The notes beneath the pieces were generated by a model. The model was not told the origin of the DNA and ran no database searches. It was given only the letters and a program-made list of their open reading frames with translations. Below, in pieces: positions 25,501-40,500 of a stretch of 64,000 nt of DNA; positions within the stretch are counted from its first letter, which is position 1; each line of letters starts with the position of its first letter. The position numbers and the translations under genes are program-made. Location: positions 1,178,001 through 1,242,000 of the forward strand of contig NC_092671.1 of NCBI RefSeq assembly GCF_964355755.1, written 5' to 3'. This DNA comes from Antedon mediterranea. Taxonomy: Eukaryota > Animalia > Echinodermata.

Positions 25501-28500
25501 AAAGTTATCCCCTTTTCCGGCCCCAGTGCGTGCATAGTTCCTTAACAGGGTGAACAACTGTTGTGTAATCTTAGTTATGTTTGCCTCCAATGATGGAAGA
25601 GGAAATTTTAAAAGATAAGAGAAACATCTAAGAGCACATGTTGTCACCTGAAATAACAAGGTCAAATGTCATAACAAGGTCATGTCAACACTATTGTACC
25701 ATTTCCTTTACAATTGTATTTTATAAAAAGTCAGAATTAAATTTCTTTTTATTTCACAATAAAATACCTGGATTTACTTAATTTTTAAGAATTTTAACAG
25801 TTTAAAATAAAAATAAAATATTTAAAAAAAAATGTCACATTACTCTATAAATAGTACCTTAGTGTATTTTGAAGTTAAGCACTCGGTGAGTAGCTGTACA
25901 AATGGGTCTAGCATCTGTTGATGATCTGAGTTACCAGCATTGAACTTTGACCTTTTAAGTGACAAATAAAATAACTGAAAAATAAAAATAGGCAAATGAG
26001 AAATGATGTAATATGATTGGATCATTAATTATTTATTTTATAAAAATTATTTGTTCATCAGGAACCCGAACAATGTTCTATAATAAGAAGAGAGAGGTAC
26101 TGCCATATATAAAAAGAGCTGTAAACACACCTGAAGACCAAACTCCACAATGATGTGAACATTGGTTTTCACACTCATCTGTGGCATCTTCTGAGTTCTC
26201 TTGGGGGTCTCTGGTAGTAAGTACGTACTTTGTGGTTGTAGACGAGGGTTGCGTGGTAGCTGAACATTTTTTTTAGCTCTATACAAAATTAACATATATA
26301 TTTGTTGTTAATTTTCTTCAAATATTTACATTTAAATCATTGATTTCAAAACTAATGCAGTTTACAAAATATATTTTTTGGAAAAATAATTCATTTTTAA
26401 TAATTGTAGCATTTGATTTCAGGAACAAGTCAATAGGTAAACCTGTCCCTGTGCTGTAATATGCTGTAATGTTGCATCGGGACCACAAGATGTACTTTGA
26501 AAAAACGGTACTCATGTAATTGGAGGATGCTATGAGACATACAATGAACACACATAGCAAAGAAAAGTAAAACTAAAGTTACTTTGTCTTGTCTGTTACA
26601 AGTGGTAAGCTCTCAGTAGCAAGACCATGAATGAAAATCAACATGGCTGAATCATCTATCCCAGAATTCTCTAGCAGACCAATTTCCAGTCTACGGAGCA
26701 CTTCCTGTACTTTCTTGATCATCTTATGTGAATGAGAATTATCTAATACCTACAAAAATACAAAATTAAAACATAAAAGAATTAACAAGTACAAAAGGGA
26801 AACAAGAAGTAAAAGCAATATGAACCAAGTAAAGAAAGATTTACAAGGACATGTAGATATTAACACAACAAATGCCAAATATATATTTCAATCAATTCAA
26901 TCAATCAATTTACACAGACAAGCGGTAATGGTAAGCAGAAAACTGCGTAGCTTGTCTCAAATATAATCTGTATCTGTCTGAGCAGAAACAGCCCGTCCAC
27001 TCCTCCTAATTATAGTCACACCTACCTCTTTCAATGGCAGAATCAAAAGTGCAAGTGACCTTTGACTTATGAACTTTGACACTAATTGATATGAGTCGTA
27101 ACTCTTTGTTGATTTGGCTTCAAAGAGTTTGACAACAATTCCTGCTACGTTCTTTTCTTCGGCAACTTCACCAAAAAGTTCACTATTAAAAACCTACAAA
27201 GGAAAACAACAAAATCATCATCTATGTATGGATAAGGGGAATCTATTTTGAAATGGGAAAAATGCAAGCAGGAATATATATTCTAATTAAATAAATAGTT
27301 CATTGGATATTCATTCATCTTAAATACTTGTAGCATTGTATTTCAGGAACAGGTCAATAGGTAAACCTGTCCCTGTGCTGTTAAATGCTGTAATGTTGCA
27401 TCGGGACCACAAGATGTACTTTGAGAAAACAGTACTCTTGTAATTGGAGGATGCTATTGTAATCATCTTTCCTTCTAATCATTCACGATTGTTTTTAAAA
27501 CTTTTAATGTAAATGGTAACAATGTAGTAAAGATAAAGGATGATCAATCAGTCCATTAATTCCTACCTCAGTAAGTTGTTTTATACAGCAGTCCAAGTCT
27601 CCATGCTTAAGTTTATCAACTATCGTCTTCAGTAACAAATTCACAGTGTAGGCAAGTACGTGTAACTGGAAAGATAATAATAATATTCATTATTGTGTCT
27701 TCACAATATCATTGGCTTTATATACAAATATGCAAATACATAATCCAAAGGAAAAAATAATACTGAATCTCAATGGAGAAAAAAATAATAATCAAATAAA
27801 AACAGCCAGTCACAAAGAAGTGGCAAGCTAATGAATGATATGGCTATGAAGAGAGAATATCAGCCAACATATTATAATTCAATTCAGCCTACCTGGTAGC
27901 CTCTAGTGAGGGCTTGTTTGAGTTCCTTGAGGATAAAACTGAAATAATTGACCCCAAGAGATTGCAAGATCTTAACAAGTGTGTCACGGGTCACTTCACG
28001 AATGTCACGTGACCGACTCTTTAGCATTTGACAAACTTTGATGAGTACGCTACATAAAGGAAATAAAAAATGTGTTAAGCACATGTAACTACTTTCACAA
28101 CAATCAGGCATAAGTACTATTTTAAGCGATAGTGTTTACGATTTGTCTTTATTATACACACATCCATACACATGCGGTATCAAAATGACCGGAATTTAAA
28201 AAACTACATTATAAAAACTACTTTTAAAAGCCATCCTGTTTCTGGGATCTTGTCTGGATATACAACTATGTACATTATCAATACCACAATTCCTCAGCAA
28301 GTCCAAGTTCCAGAAAATTCTAAATTCTTTTCCAGGCTTTGCATCTTTTATTTGAATTACTTTTTGAATTATTCTGTAATAACTTATCAACTGTGATGCA
28401 TTGTGAAATAAAACGAATGAATGAATACAAAATAAAAGAACATACTTTGGTAGATACTGGTGCAATGCTCCTATAGGCAGAGATTGCAATAATTTAACCA

Positions 28501-31500
28501 TAGCAAGAGCAATTGGTACCCTCAACACTTCATCATCATCTACGGTGTTCTTCCTCACAGATCGATGCTCATCATCAGTACGGGCCTGAGCAAAAAGTAA
28601 AAATAAAACAATATTTTCAAAAATAATGTTTTAAGTGAAGAATTATATTTTCAAAATACAAACACTTTATATTACATTTTAAAAATTATTTATTTTTAAA
28701 TTTGTTTAAATCCAGATTTTAACATATTTTTTGTGACCTCGTTCATCACATTAAATAAATGAAATAATCTGAATCAAATACCTTTTTAGTAATAGACTTA
28801 AACAGCTGAGGTAGAATACTATTAATAATGGTGTGATGGATCCTGGTTGCTAGGGCTACTTTCCTCTCTTTCTCCTCCAGCTGGGTTTCATCCACTACCT
28901 GTTCATCCTCTTCAATCAAATCTTCTGTTTTTTCTAAATCATCTTTGACATCATTTTTATTTCTTTTAACTGAAATGTTACAGATTAGCAAAAATAATTT
29001 ACACATTTTTAATAAAAATAATCAGGAAGAGCATAACACACCAATTAATGACAACTCAAAGTAGTGTTGTGTTATGGAAAGGTGATGTGTTACCATAATG
29101 AGGTGATGCTTAATTGAAATACTTACAATCTTTTTCATCAACCAGCTCAACTCCTTTCTTAAACATCATGTAAGATTCAACTCCACTGGACAAAGACAGG
29201 TCAAAATGGAAGGCGTCCAAAATGGCAACCACTAACCTAGGAAAAAAACCCCATTTCAACTTTACATATTCTTACTAAACTCCATATAAATTAAAAAGAT
29301 CTGTGATACAAATAATAATATAGAAATAATAGCAACTTTCATATTTTTTTATTATTTCTAGTAGATGGTAAAATAAAAGTTGGCAACCATTTTTTAACAC
29401 TTGGTGGTAAACTTACTTTACAGCCACTTTCTGCCACTCCAGACTAAACGTCAACAATTTCAAATATTGCCGCAACAGTACACTGTAAAATTTCCATGGC
29501 AACTGGCTAGTTATAGCACCGATAGTATTGATAGCTTCAACAACAAAGTTTTGATCTTTCGCCAGAGACTGGTCAAAGACCATTGCTGAGGTCAGTGGCA
29601 GAAGATACTGGTACAGGTTGCTATGGCCTAGCTCACCATTTGAGCAGTGGTTCGTTAGACGTCGTAAAGCCCGCCCTCTTCGATGGATCTAAAAGGAAAA
29701 GTTCAAAATCAATGTTTGCAAATAAAGATATTAGCTTCACATTGAGAAGTCTTTCTTGAATATACAGCTTTTGAATACATAAATAGAATTAGCAGAAAGT
29801 CTCAATAATTTGATAAAACATTAGAATCAAAAAGATGTACCTGAATATGCTTAATATTTTCAAAGTAGTCTTTCTCCATATCTTCATCAAGTAGGACAGT
29901 CATGTCAGAGAATCTTGGATGATGTGGGAATGCCTTGACAATGTCTCGCAATAATGTCACTATCTCACCTCTGGACACCTAAAGAAATAACCAAGTTTAT
30001 CTTTTTGCTACAATCCGTTTACGGACATTTACCACTGGTCTGTTAATAATATGTTTCTGTAGTTGTGTATTACATTCTAGACTGTATCTCTAAATGAGTT
30101 GTTGCTGTTTATGCTACTATATGCTAGCAATAAATTTGATCATGGTAGGTACAGATTCTAGCTGATGATGTGTAAGCACATAAAATGTTCCAAGAGTGCT
30201 TTTTGTAATGATCTTACCTCATTTTTCAGCTTAATTCCCTCTTTTATTGCTGGCATAAATTTGTGTATGATAATTGAATTGAACAGTTCATCTCCAAAAT
30301 CGCCAGACTGCAGCTTGTGGATAATAGCTTGTAGGCAGTTGGTGGCATTATCTCGCAGTGACATCTCATCCACCTAAATAAACATACAAATTAAACATCA
30401 GAGAGTTTTCTATTCTAGGATAAAGCTAGGTCATTTAGTTCATTGGGCCATGCAGGGAAATTGGGTGCTTCCTCACTCTATTCCTTGACACAGATTTGAT
30501 GTTTTCTAGGTCTAGATTCTAGATGCATCAAATCTTTCCTATTTCTGTCACAAGACAAACATACTAAATGACTTATGACCTGATAATGACCTTTGATTGA
30601 AAGTAGTAGTACTATAAATATTCCTAAGAATTGCCAATGCTTTTATTTCTACTTTCTCTGGATACACCAATGTGGGTTCACTGCTACACAAATAAAGTGT
30701 TGATGCTGACGTGTACAACCATGTCTACATTTCTTTGATTTAATCTACTGTATGAAATTAACTAGTAATGTTAGTTTTCAAGAATATTTTTTTTCAGAGA
30801 AACTTTGCTTTTGTTTAATCCCGTCACCGTCACAGGTTTTGTTATGTTTATCTGCATTGATAAATGAAATGAAATTACCTTAGAAATAAAGAAGAAACAA
30901 TTGTTAATCAAAGGTGTCAACACTTTCATATCCATGTTCTTCCAGTCAGCAATTAACTCACAAACTCGTTTAAAACATTTGAAACGAGTTATAAAATCGG
31001 GTTCTTCAATGTGTCGTTTATCCCATGCATTCAACTCAGACATCATCTCAGCTGTTGCCTTTAACGTCTCGTCTTTCTCGGCCATCGAAGCGAACACTTC
31101 TACGAGGATGACACGCGACTGAGGGTACGTTAGAGTGTATAGCAGTTTGGATACTGGTCTGTAGGCAAGACAAATGATAAAAGATCAATGCTTCATATCA
31201 GAAGTTTTGGATTGGATTTATTAAATTTTATTAAATACAAACAAATATTTCTTACCCGAGAAAAGAAGATGGATCTGATGTTTTTTTGATAACATTTCTA
31301 ATGGTCCGCAGAATATCAAGTTCAACATTCTGAAAACAAAAAAAATGGAATTATGCAAAATACATTACCTTTTTTTTATAGCTATTTTATCCTATTTTTA
31401 TATATTTGTAATGCAAATCATTTCAGTCCTCGACTGTTGTAATTGGATGTATTTTTATTATACCGAATAAATAAAATAAAAACCTTTGTTTGGTGACGTT

Positions 31501-34500
31501 TGCGATATTATCATTTGTTTACTCACATGACAACGACGACTGATTTGATTGGCTGAGTGCACACACATCAGCAAACTAGTTTGTGAGGAAGGCCTAACAA
31601 ATTTCTATAAATCTCTGAAGTTGGTCAACTGGTCAACACTGGTCAACTAAGTTTGCTTGGTGTGTGGAAATGTTATTTCTATTTACCTGGTTTCGGCTGG
31701 TAGTCATTTTTAAGTAAGGCAGTAATAAAGACACAAGAACAATGCACTGTTCCTCATCCGACACAAACAGGCTAATCCTATCAAAATACAAATAAATGTT
31801 ATTTAAAAAATGTTTTTTCTTCAAAATAAGATTACAGATTCTACGACATTGCTGTATGTGGAATATCATACCTGGAAAGGATGTTAAGCTCTCTCATTGG
31901 CAGGTTCTTCTTCTCGTATTTAGTTGTTACTGTCGCTTTTAGATAAGTCAAGATAGAGTTGACATGAGGAAAGATCAACTTAGTGCCGTATGTTGGTGGC
32001 TCTATTTAAAGTAAAATTCCAAAATCAAGATTCTATACAAAAAAATGTGTACAATATTAATATTATCAACATTCTCTGTTTTAACAAATCAAGAGAACAA
32101 ACCATTAAACGTTTCCTCTTCAATAAGTGAGACATCTAAACTATCTTGCACGTCAATCTCCTTTGTAACATCATTTGGTTCAAAGTTTTCACATACTAGT
32201 AGGTTTTCCACAATGTCCATAACCATGTCCAGTACTGGTTTAGTGGTCAGTTTGGACTTCAGTAAAGCCATTACATATGGAAGAATCGTAAGTTCTTTAT
32301 CATCTGGGTGATGTTTAGCTAACAATAGGAAGAACCTGATGGATAAAATAAATGAAATACAATGACAAAAACAAAATATTTAATCGTCACTTTGATGTTA
32401 CCAAATAATAATGCTATTCAATCAAACATGAAAGTTATAAACAAGAATTGGAATTGTAGCATTTGATTTCAGGAACAAGTCAACAGGTAAACCTGTCCCT
32501 GTGCTGTTAAATGCTGTAATGTTGCATCGGGACCACAAGATGTACTTTGAGAAAACAGTACTCATGTAATTGGAGGATGCTATTGCCATGTAACTAAATG
32601 ACCAAGTATAGTCCCAGAGGTAAGAAATTTAGCCAAAATTAGGGGGAAAGATTATAATTGAATTGCATTAAGTAATTTACCAAAGTATTTTTTCTGAATT
32701 AGGGGGTGGGATTATACTTGAATTGTATTAATAACTAATTTACCAGTAGTATTTTGTCTGAATTAGGGGTGGGATTATACTTGAATTGTATTAATAGCTA
32801 ATTTACCAGTAGTATTTTGTCTGAATTAGGGGTGGGATTATAATTGAATTGCATTAACAACTAATTTACCAAAGTATTTTGTCTGAATTAGGGGTGGGAT
32901 TATAATTGAATTGCATTAACAAGTAATTTACCAAAGTATTTTGTCTGAATTAGGGGTGGGATTATAATTGAATTGCATTAACAAGTAATTTACCAAAGTA
33001 TTTTGTCTGAATTAGGGGTGGGATTATAATTGAATTGCATTAACAAGTAATTTACCAAAGTATTTTGTCTGAATTAGGGGTTGGATTATAATTGAATTGC
33101 ATTAACAAGTAATTTACCAAAGTATTTTGTCTGAATTAGGGGTGGGATTATAATTGAATTGCATTAACAAGTAATTTACCAAAGTATTTTGTCTGAATTA
33201 GGGGGTGGGATTATACTTGAATTGTATTAATAACTAATTTACCAAAGTATTTTGTCTGAATTAGGGGGTGGGATTATACTTGAATTGTATTAATAACTAA
33301 TTTACCAGTAGTATTTTGTCTGAATTAGGGGTGGGATTATAATTGAATTGCATTAACAACTAATTTACCAAACTATTTTGTCTGAATTAGGGGGTGGGAT
33401 TATACTTGAACATGGGATTATACTTATGGTCATATACAGTAATAATCAAATACAATAAAATACATAAATACCTTGGGTTTTTACTCCATATGAAGATCAT
33501 CTTGAGTAAGGTTGTTGGACTTGTGATGCTCTCGTTAGGTAAACGAGAAATTTGAGGCCATACCGCCGCCTCAAAGATACAATTAACCTCTTCCAAAGAA
33601 AAGGCGTAGTTGTCAAAGATCGTGAAAAATTCAACGAGACGTTGGATTGCAAGAGGGCGTAACGTCTTCAGTTGGTTCACATGGTATGGTAGAATCTAAA
33701 TGTAGAGAACAAACACACAAACATGATTGCGAATTGCACTTTAATGCTTTATCTAATAAAGATTTTTCCTAATGATTTTTTATCTCACAATCTAAATATA
33801 ACTTTATCAAATAAGCCAATTGTAAACAGTTTGTAAACAATTTTTTCTTTGTCTTTCTACAATCTAGGTCACATAATGTTTGTCTCTCTACAATCTAGGT
33901 CACATAATGTTTGTCTTTCTACAATCTAGGTCACATAATGTTTTTATTATCTAGAATGTATATAAACTGATGAATATAAATGTGTAGGCACTTTTTATGA
34001 TTCTATCACAGGTCAGCTGAAAAAGGAAGTTGAGGCTAATTGCAAACTTGGATGGCTCACAATGTTTCTTCTCTAATAATGTTTTACAATCAAATACTTG
34101 TACAAACCTGATGTCTCATATCAAGCAGCTTAGTGAATGTGGCTATTAGACTTATGATTAACCGAAGGATCATGGGAAGGAAAGCTGTGACCATGTGACC
34201 CAACTTGCTGAATATCACTGCAATGGTATCAATCATGCTGAAACGTAGCAGACAATAATATTATTAATACTAGGTTGCTTGTATTTTAATTAAGTGGAGT
34301 AGACTTATCTTTTTGAAATGCATACAGTAACAAGTATACCCATGTACAAATCACACAATAAACAACTAAAGATGAGCGGTAAAGGTAGGCGGAAAATAAA
34401 AATAATATAGAATCTATTTTATTTCTTCTGACCATTTACACTAAATGTGGGCGGTCGAGCGGGACAAGCTACACGGTTTCAGCTTACCGTTACTGTCTGT

Positions 34501-37500
34501 GTAAATTGGCCTTAACTCATCTTTTGGAAATTGAAATATGTGCAGACATATAACAAGTATACCCATGTACAAGTATACCCATGTACCAGTATACCCATGT
34601 ACAAGTATACCCATGTACAAGTATACCCATGTACAAGTATACCCATGTACAAGTATACCCATGTACAAGTATACCCATGTACAAGTATACCCACGTACAA
34701 GTATACCCACGTACAAGTATACCCACGTACAAGTATACCCACGTACAAGTATACCCACGTACAAGTATACCCACGTACAAGTATACCCACGTACAAGTAT
34801 ACCCACGTACAAGTATACCCACGTACAAGTATACCCACGTACAAGTATACACACGTACAAGTATACACATGTACAAGTATACCCACGTACAAGTATACCC
34901 ACGTACAAGTATACCCACGTACAAGTATACCCATGTACAAGTATACCCATGTACAAGTATACACATGTACAAGTATACCCACGTACAAGTATACCCACGT
35001 ACAAGTATACCCACGTACAAGTATACCCACGTACAAGTATACCCACGTACAAGTATACCCATGTACAAGTATACCCATGTACCAGTATACCCATATACAA
35101 GTATACCCATGTACAAGTATACCCATGTACCAGTATACCCATATACAAGTATACCCATGTACCAGTATACCCATGTACAAGTATACCCATGTACCAGTAT
35201 ACCCATATACAAGTATACCCATATACAAGTACAGTCAACTCTCCCAATACCGGACTCTCCCAAAACCGGAATTCACGAAAAACCGGACTTTTTTGGAGGG
35301 CCCAATTTGTCCCTATTCTAAATGTACTGTAATTTATCATGAAAACCGGAATACCCAATTCCGGAATCCGGACAAATTATGAAGTACAAAACACGAAAAT
35401 TAGCGTCTGAAAACCGGACTGACAGTTAAAAAACTCCAAATATTTACGATATCCATATACTGTATTTACGAAAACAACGTAACATCGTCGTCGCTGACTC
35501 GGATTCAATACATTCACAATGTACAAAAGCTTTTAACCATACCCTCACCATGCATGAAGTGCGCGACGTTTCGCGGTACGATCAAATAATGTTGCCATGG
35601 AGCACTACACTGTGATTGACAGGTCAGTTCATTGTTAACCCACGAGGCGGCAATTGCTTTGTTGCGTATCGAACTGCGGTGGGCTTTTTCACATCGAAGC
35701 GCTATGTCATTGTCTTAATGTCTATTGTTTTTAGCAGGGAGTTGTTAACAACTCCCTGTTTTTTAGCATATGAATTGTTTTTTAATAAAGTTCAATTTAC
35801 ATTCCACTTTGTGTCTTTGTTTTGTTTAAATTATTGTTAAATTCACAATTGCAATAGGACTTTAAAAAGGAATGTTTCACTAAAAATGTGCATCATTATA
35901 AATTTGGAAATCATTATGGCAAAACGTAGACGGAATGAACTTGACTTAACTAGTGTTAATAAACTTTGAAATGTTACCAATTAATTATTGTCATTATTGC
36001 TTGGCTCGTTTACCTAATCAATTTTCATCATTGCTATCAAATTACGTCAAAATAAAGGAGCTTAAAAAACATGTGGTCTAGGTGTGGGCGTTTTTATTTG
36101 ATTATGACACCTCTGCACATGCGCATCAATCAAAGCCCTTTCACCCATGCTGCTGCTGCTAGCTAGCTCACGAAAAACAATAAACAGACCGAAATTATGT
36201 TCACCGTACGTACGTACGTAGGCCTTTTTGCCGTTAAAAACACATTGAGAAACAATAATTTACTATTGTAACATGTTTTATTGGTACAGTAAATAATGTA
36301 ACTTTTAAAAAAGGTAAATTGAATTACTGTAGCTTAATATTAATAAAGTAGGCCTAGCCTAGGCCTATATCAGTATTTATTTAATTAAAACTAGATTGAC
36401 ACAATCATAGCCTAGCCTAGGCCTTCCCTACGCTAGGAGACCGTACCGGGCAGCATTCGGACCGGTGATTCAAAGCATTTTCAGTGACAACGTGATGACT
36501 TTAAAAATACGTTTTCAGGAAACCGGACTTTCGAAAAACCGGAAAATATATGCCCGCCCAAGGGTGTCCGGTATTGGGAGAGTTGACTGTATAACCATGT
36601 ACAAGTATACCCATATACAAGTATACCCATGTACAAGTATACCCATGTACAAGTATACCCATGTACAAGTATACCCATGTACAAGTATACCCATGTACAA
36701 GTATACCCATGTACAAGTATACCCATGTACCAGTATACCCACGTACAAGTATACCCATGTACCAGTATACCCATGTACAAGTATACCCATGTACCAGTAT
36801 ACCCATGTACAAGTATAACCATGTACAAGTATACCCATGTACAAGTATACCCATATACAAGTATACCCATGTACAAGTATAACCATGTACAAGTATACCC
36901 ATGTACCAGTATACCCATGTACAAGTATACCCATGTACAAGTATACCCATGTACAAGTATACCCATGTACAAGTATACCCATATACAAGTATACCCACGT
37001 ACAAGTATACCCATATACAAGTATAACCATGTACAAGTATAACCATGTACAAGTATACCCATGTACAAGTATACCCATGTACAAGTATACCCATGTACCA
37101 GTATACCCATGTACAAGTATAACCATGTACAAGTATACCCATGTACAAGTATACCCATATACAAGTATACCCATGTACAAGTATAACCACGTACAAGTAT
37201 ACCCACGTACAAGTATACCCATGTACAAGTATACCCATGTACAAGTATACCCATGTACAAGTATACCCATGTACCAGTATACCCATGTACAAGTATAACC
37301 ATGTACCAGTATGCCCATGTACCAGTATGCCCATGTACAAGTATGCCCATGTACAAGTATGCCCATGTACCAGTATACCCATGTACAAGTATAACCATGT
37401 ACAAGTATACCCATGTACAAGTATACCCATGTACAAGTATACCCATGTACAAGTATACCCATGTACAAGTATACCCATGTACAAGTATACCCATGTACAA

Positions 37501-40500
37501 GTATACCCATGTACAAGTATACCCATGTACAAGTATACCCATGTACAAGTATACCCATGTACAAGTATACCCATGTACAAGTATACCAATGTACAAGTAT
37601 ACCCATGTACAAGTATACCCATGTACAAGTATACCCATGTACAAGTATACCCATGTACAAGTATACACATGTACAAGTATACCCATGTACAAGTATACCC
37701 ATGTACAAGTATACCCATGTACAAGTATACCCATGTACAAGTATACCCATGTACAAGTATACCCATGTACAAGTATACCCATGTACAAGTATACCCATGT
37801 ACAAGTATACCCATGTACCAGTATACCCATGTACAAGTATACACATGTACAAGTATACCCATGTACAAGTATACACATGTACAAGTATACCCATATACAA
37901 GTATACCCATGTACAAGTATACACATGTACAAGTATACCCATGTACAAGTATACCCATGTACAAGTATACCCATGTACAAGTATACCCATGTACCAGTAT
38001 ACCCATATACAAGTATACCCATGTACAAGTATACCCATGTACAAGTATAACCATGTACAAGTATACCCATATACCATAAACCAATCTATACCTGTGTAGT
38101 TTCTTGAGGGGTACAACTGCACTTAAATCAAGTGACTGTTTGACATCATTCAGCATTTCTGTACAAGAATCTGTTAAACAATTACAAGATTACATAAGTA
38201 AAGCCGTGTATTCATTTTAAAAGCCATTATGTTTAGATATCAACAGATACATACTAAACAAGATGACATCAGTTACCTTTGATTAAATGCAGACATGGTT
38301 CAGTAACAAGGTCAATAAATACTCGCAGTTCCTCCTCTTCAGAGCCAGCTAAGAATCGTAAAATAACAGACCTTCTTTGTGCTGACCCTGCACGACCTTG
38401 CGTTCCAGCTCCAGCCTTACCCAACATCTTGCCATACAATATCCTACAAGGAGTCAAGTTTATTATTCATTAAATAATAGTTGATTGTTCTGTAATGGAT
38501 ATTCATCATGTTGTCATATATACAAGATATAAGAAACTTTGTCTTTGTAAAAACAAAGAAATGTCAGTTGTTCGCAATTCGATACATATACATAAATGGA
38601 TTAAATAATAAATAACAAAAATGTAAAATTCATCAGGTTATACATATTTATCATGTTATCATACATGTTATATTCATGTTTTCATACATACTCATCATTG
38701 CACCAGTTTATGTACACATAATGATAGAAAAAACTGACAAGAAACTCTTAGTACCTCATCAATATTGGGATCAAACCAGCCCTGTGACTCTTATCAACAA
38801 TGCCATGTTCAGGATCGATGTTGAATAATGCGATTTCTTCACGGAATGTTTTATCATCCATGAGAAGTTTGAAATGATCCTGGTATGGTGTTAAGTACTT
38901 GTGCTTATAAGCAAAGAGACAGTCAAGAGCGGTCTTCTGTACCTTGCCATACTTGTGTGAAAGAAGCTGCAACATTTATCAAATTAAAGGTGATTGATTA
39001 AATCACATAAAACAGATGGAGATGTCCATGGGGAAAAAAGAAAATGTTTTAATAACTTAAGGGAGAATACTGTAAAGCCCTGTCTACACTATTTGGTACA
39101 GTAGTGATATGCCCAAATATGGTAGTGATATGCTTAAATATGGTAGTGATATGCTTAAATATGGTAGTGATATGCTTAAATATGGTAGTGATATGCTTAA
39201 ATATGGTAGTGATATGCTTAAATATGGTAGTGATATGCTTAAATATGGTAGTGATATGCTTAAATATGGTAGTGATATGACATCATTATGTCCATATCGG
39301 CACATGACATAAAGATTGATAGTGTAGACAAGAGCTTATAGGGAGAATACTGTAAGGATAATAATGAAGATCTTACACACATTGAAACTGGGCAACTGAG
39401 GGCATGAGCAGAAAGCAAGATTTGCTATTCTATGTCACTTCTACTTACATTTGTGTATAGTTTTCTCAATTCTTGTTCTTGGTACAGACTTTTTGGTCCT
39501 CTGAACTTAGCAAACAGCTCAAGATGAGCTAACAGTGTCCTGGGGAAAAGAAATGTAAACAAATGAGCTACACAGTGGCAAGACATGCAATATAAAATTT
39601 AAAATAAATAATTTTTGTAAATCAGGCTATATTATTATTATCATGTGACTTACTGCGTAACTGAATGTTTTTGCTTTGTTTGACTTTTATTAGAATCACT
39701 TGATGTCTCTTCCTCATCTTCTGTTTCATCTACATCTTTCTCCTGGTTTGCTGAATCTTTCGTTCTCTCATTTCTCCTCTGAATATCTTGCGTTGGCGCA
39801 TTGAGCACGTCTGATGGGTAATATTCTTTTCTAAAATGAAGAAAAAGTATATATTAACATGTTTATCATGCTATTAATATGTTTAAAAAGACTTTTACAC
39901 AGGCTATAAACATGTGTAAAAGGCTCTTTACACATGTTCTAGGCTATAAACATGTGTAAAAGCCTCTTTACACATGTTCTAGGCTATAAACATGTGTACT
40001 GAGCTATTAACATTATGTAAAAGGCTCTTTACACATGTTCTAGGCTATAAACATATGTAAAAGGTTCTTTACACATGTTCTAGGCTATAAACATGTGTAC
40101 TGAGCTATTAACATTATGTAAAAGGCTCTTTACACATGTTCTAGGCTATAAACATGCGTACTAAGCTATAAACATATGTAAAAGGCTCTTTACAAATGTT
40201 CTAGGCTATTAACATGTGTACCGAGTTATTAACGTGTGTAAACGGCTCTTTACACGTGTCCTGGTTGTGACATATTATGTATTGCGTACTAATAACATAT
40301 TTATTGGTCTTTTAAAATGTGTACAGGCTTTTTAAGCACCCAGTATTAATGTATTTTATTGCAATATTCAATTTTCCCACCAGAGTACTCACCACCACCA
40401 CCACACCAAGCCACTTACTCTATAAACTTTAGAAACAATGGAGTTAACTCCCGAGACCGCAGTTCAGCACGGTCTGCAAATAAATGCATGGCTTTCCACG

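Noticed and set aside
30061-30560. Further intronic hairpins as possible snoRNAs
   Set aside because: I could not establish a full two-hairpin H/ACA or C/D architecture; part resembles a dispersed fragment also seen near 21918.
34441-38156. Long ORFs (up to 551 aa) on both strands
   Set aside because: They are translations of a stop-poor 16-bp minisatellite inside a UTP20 intron.
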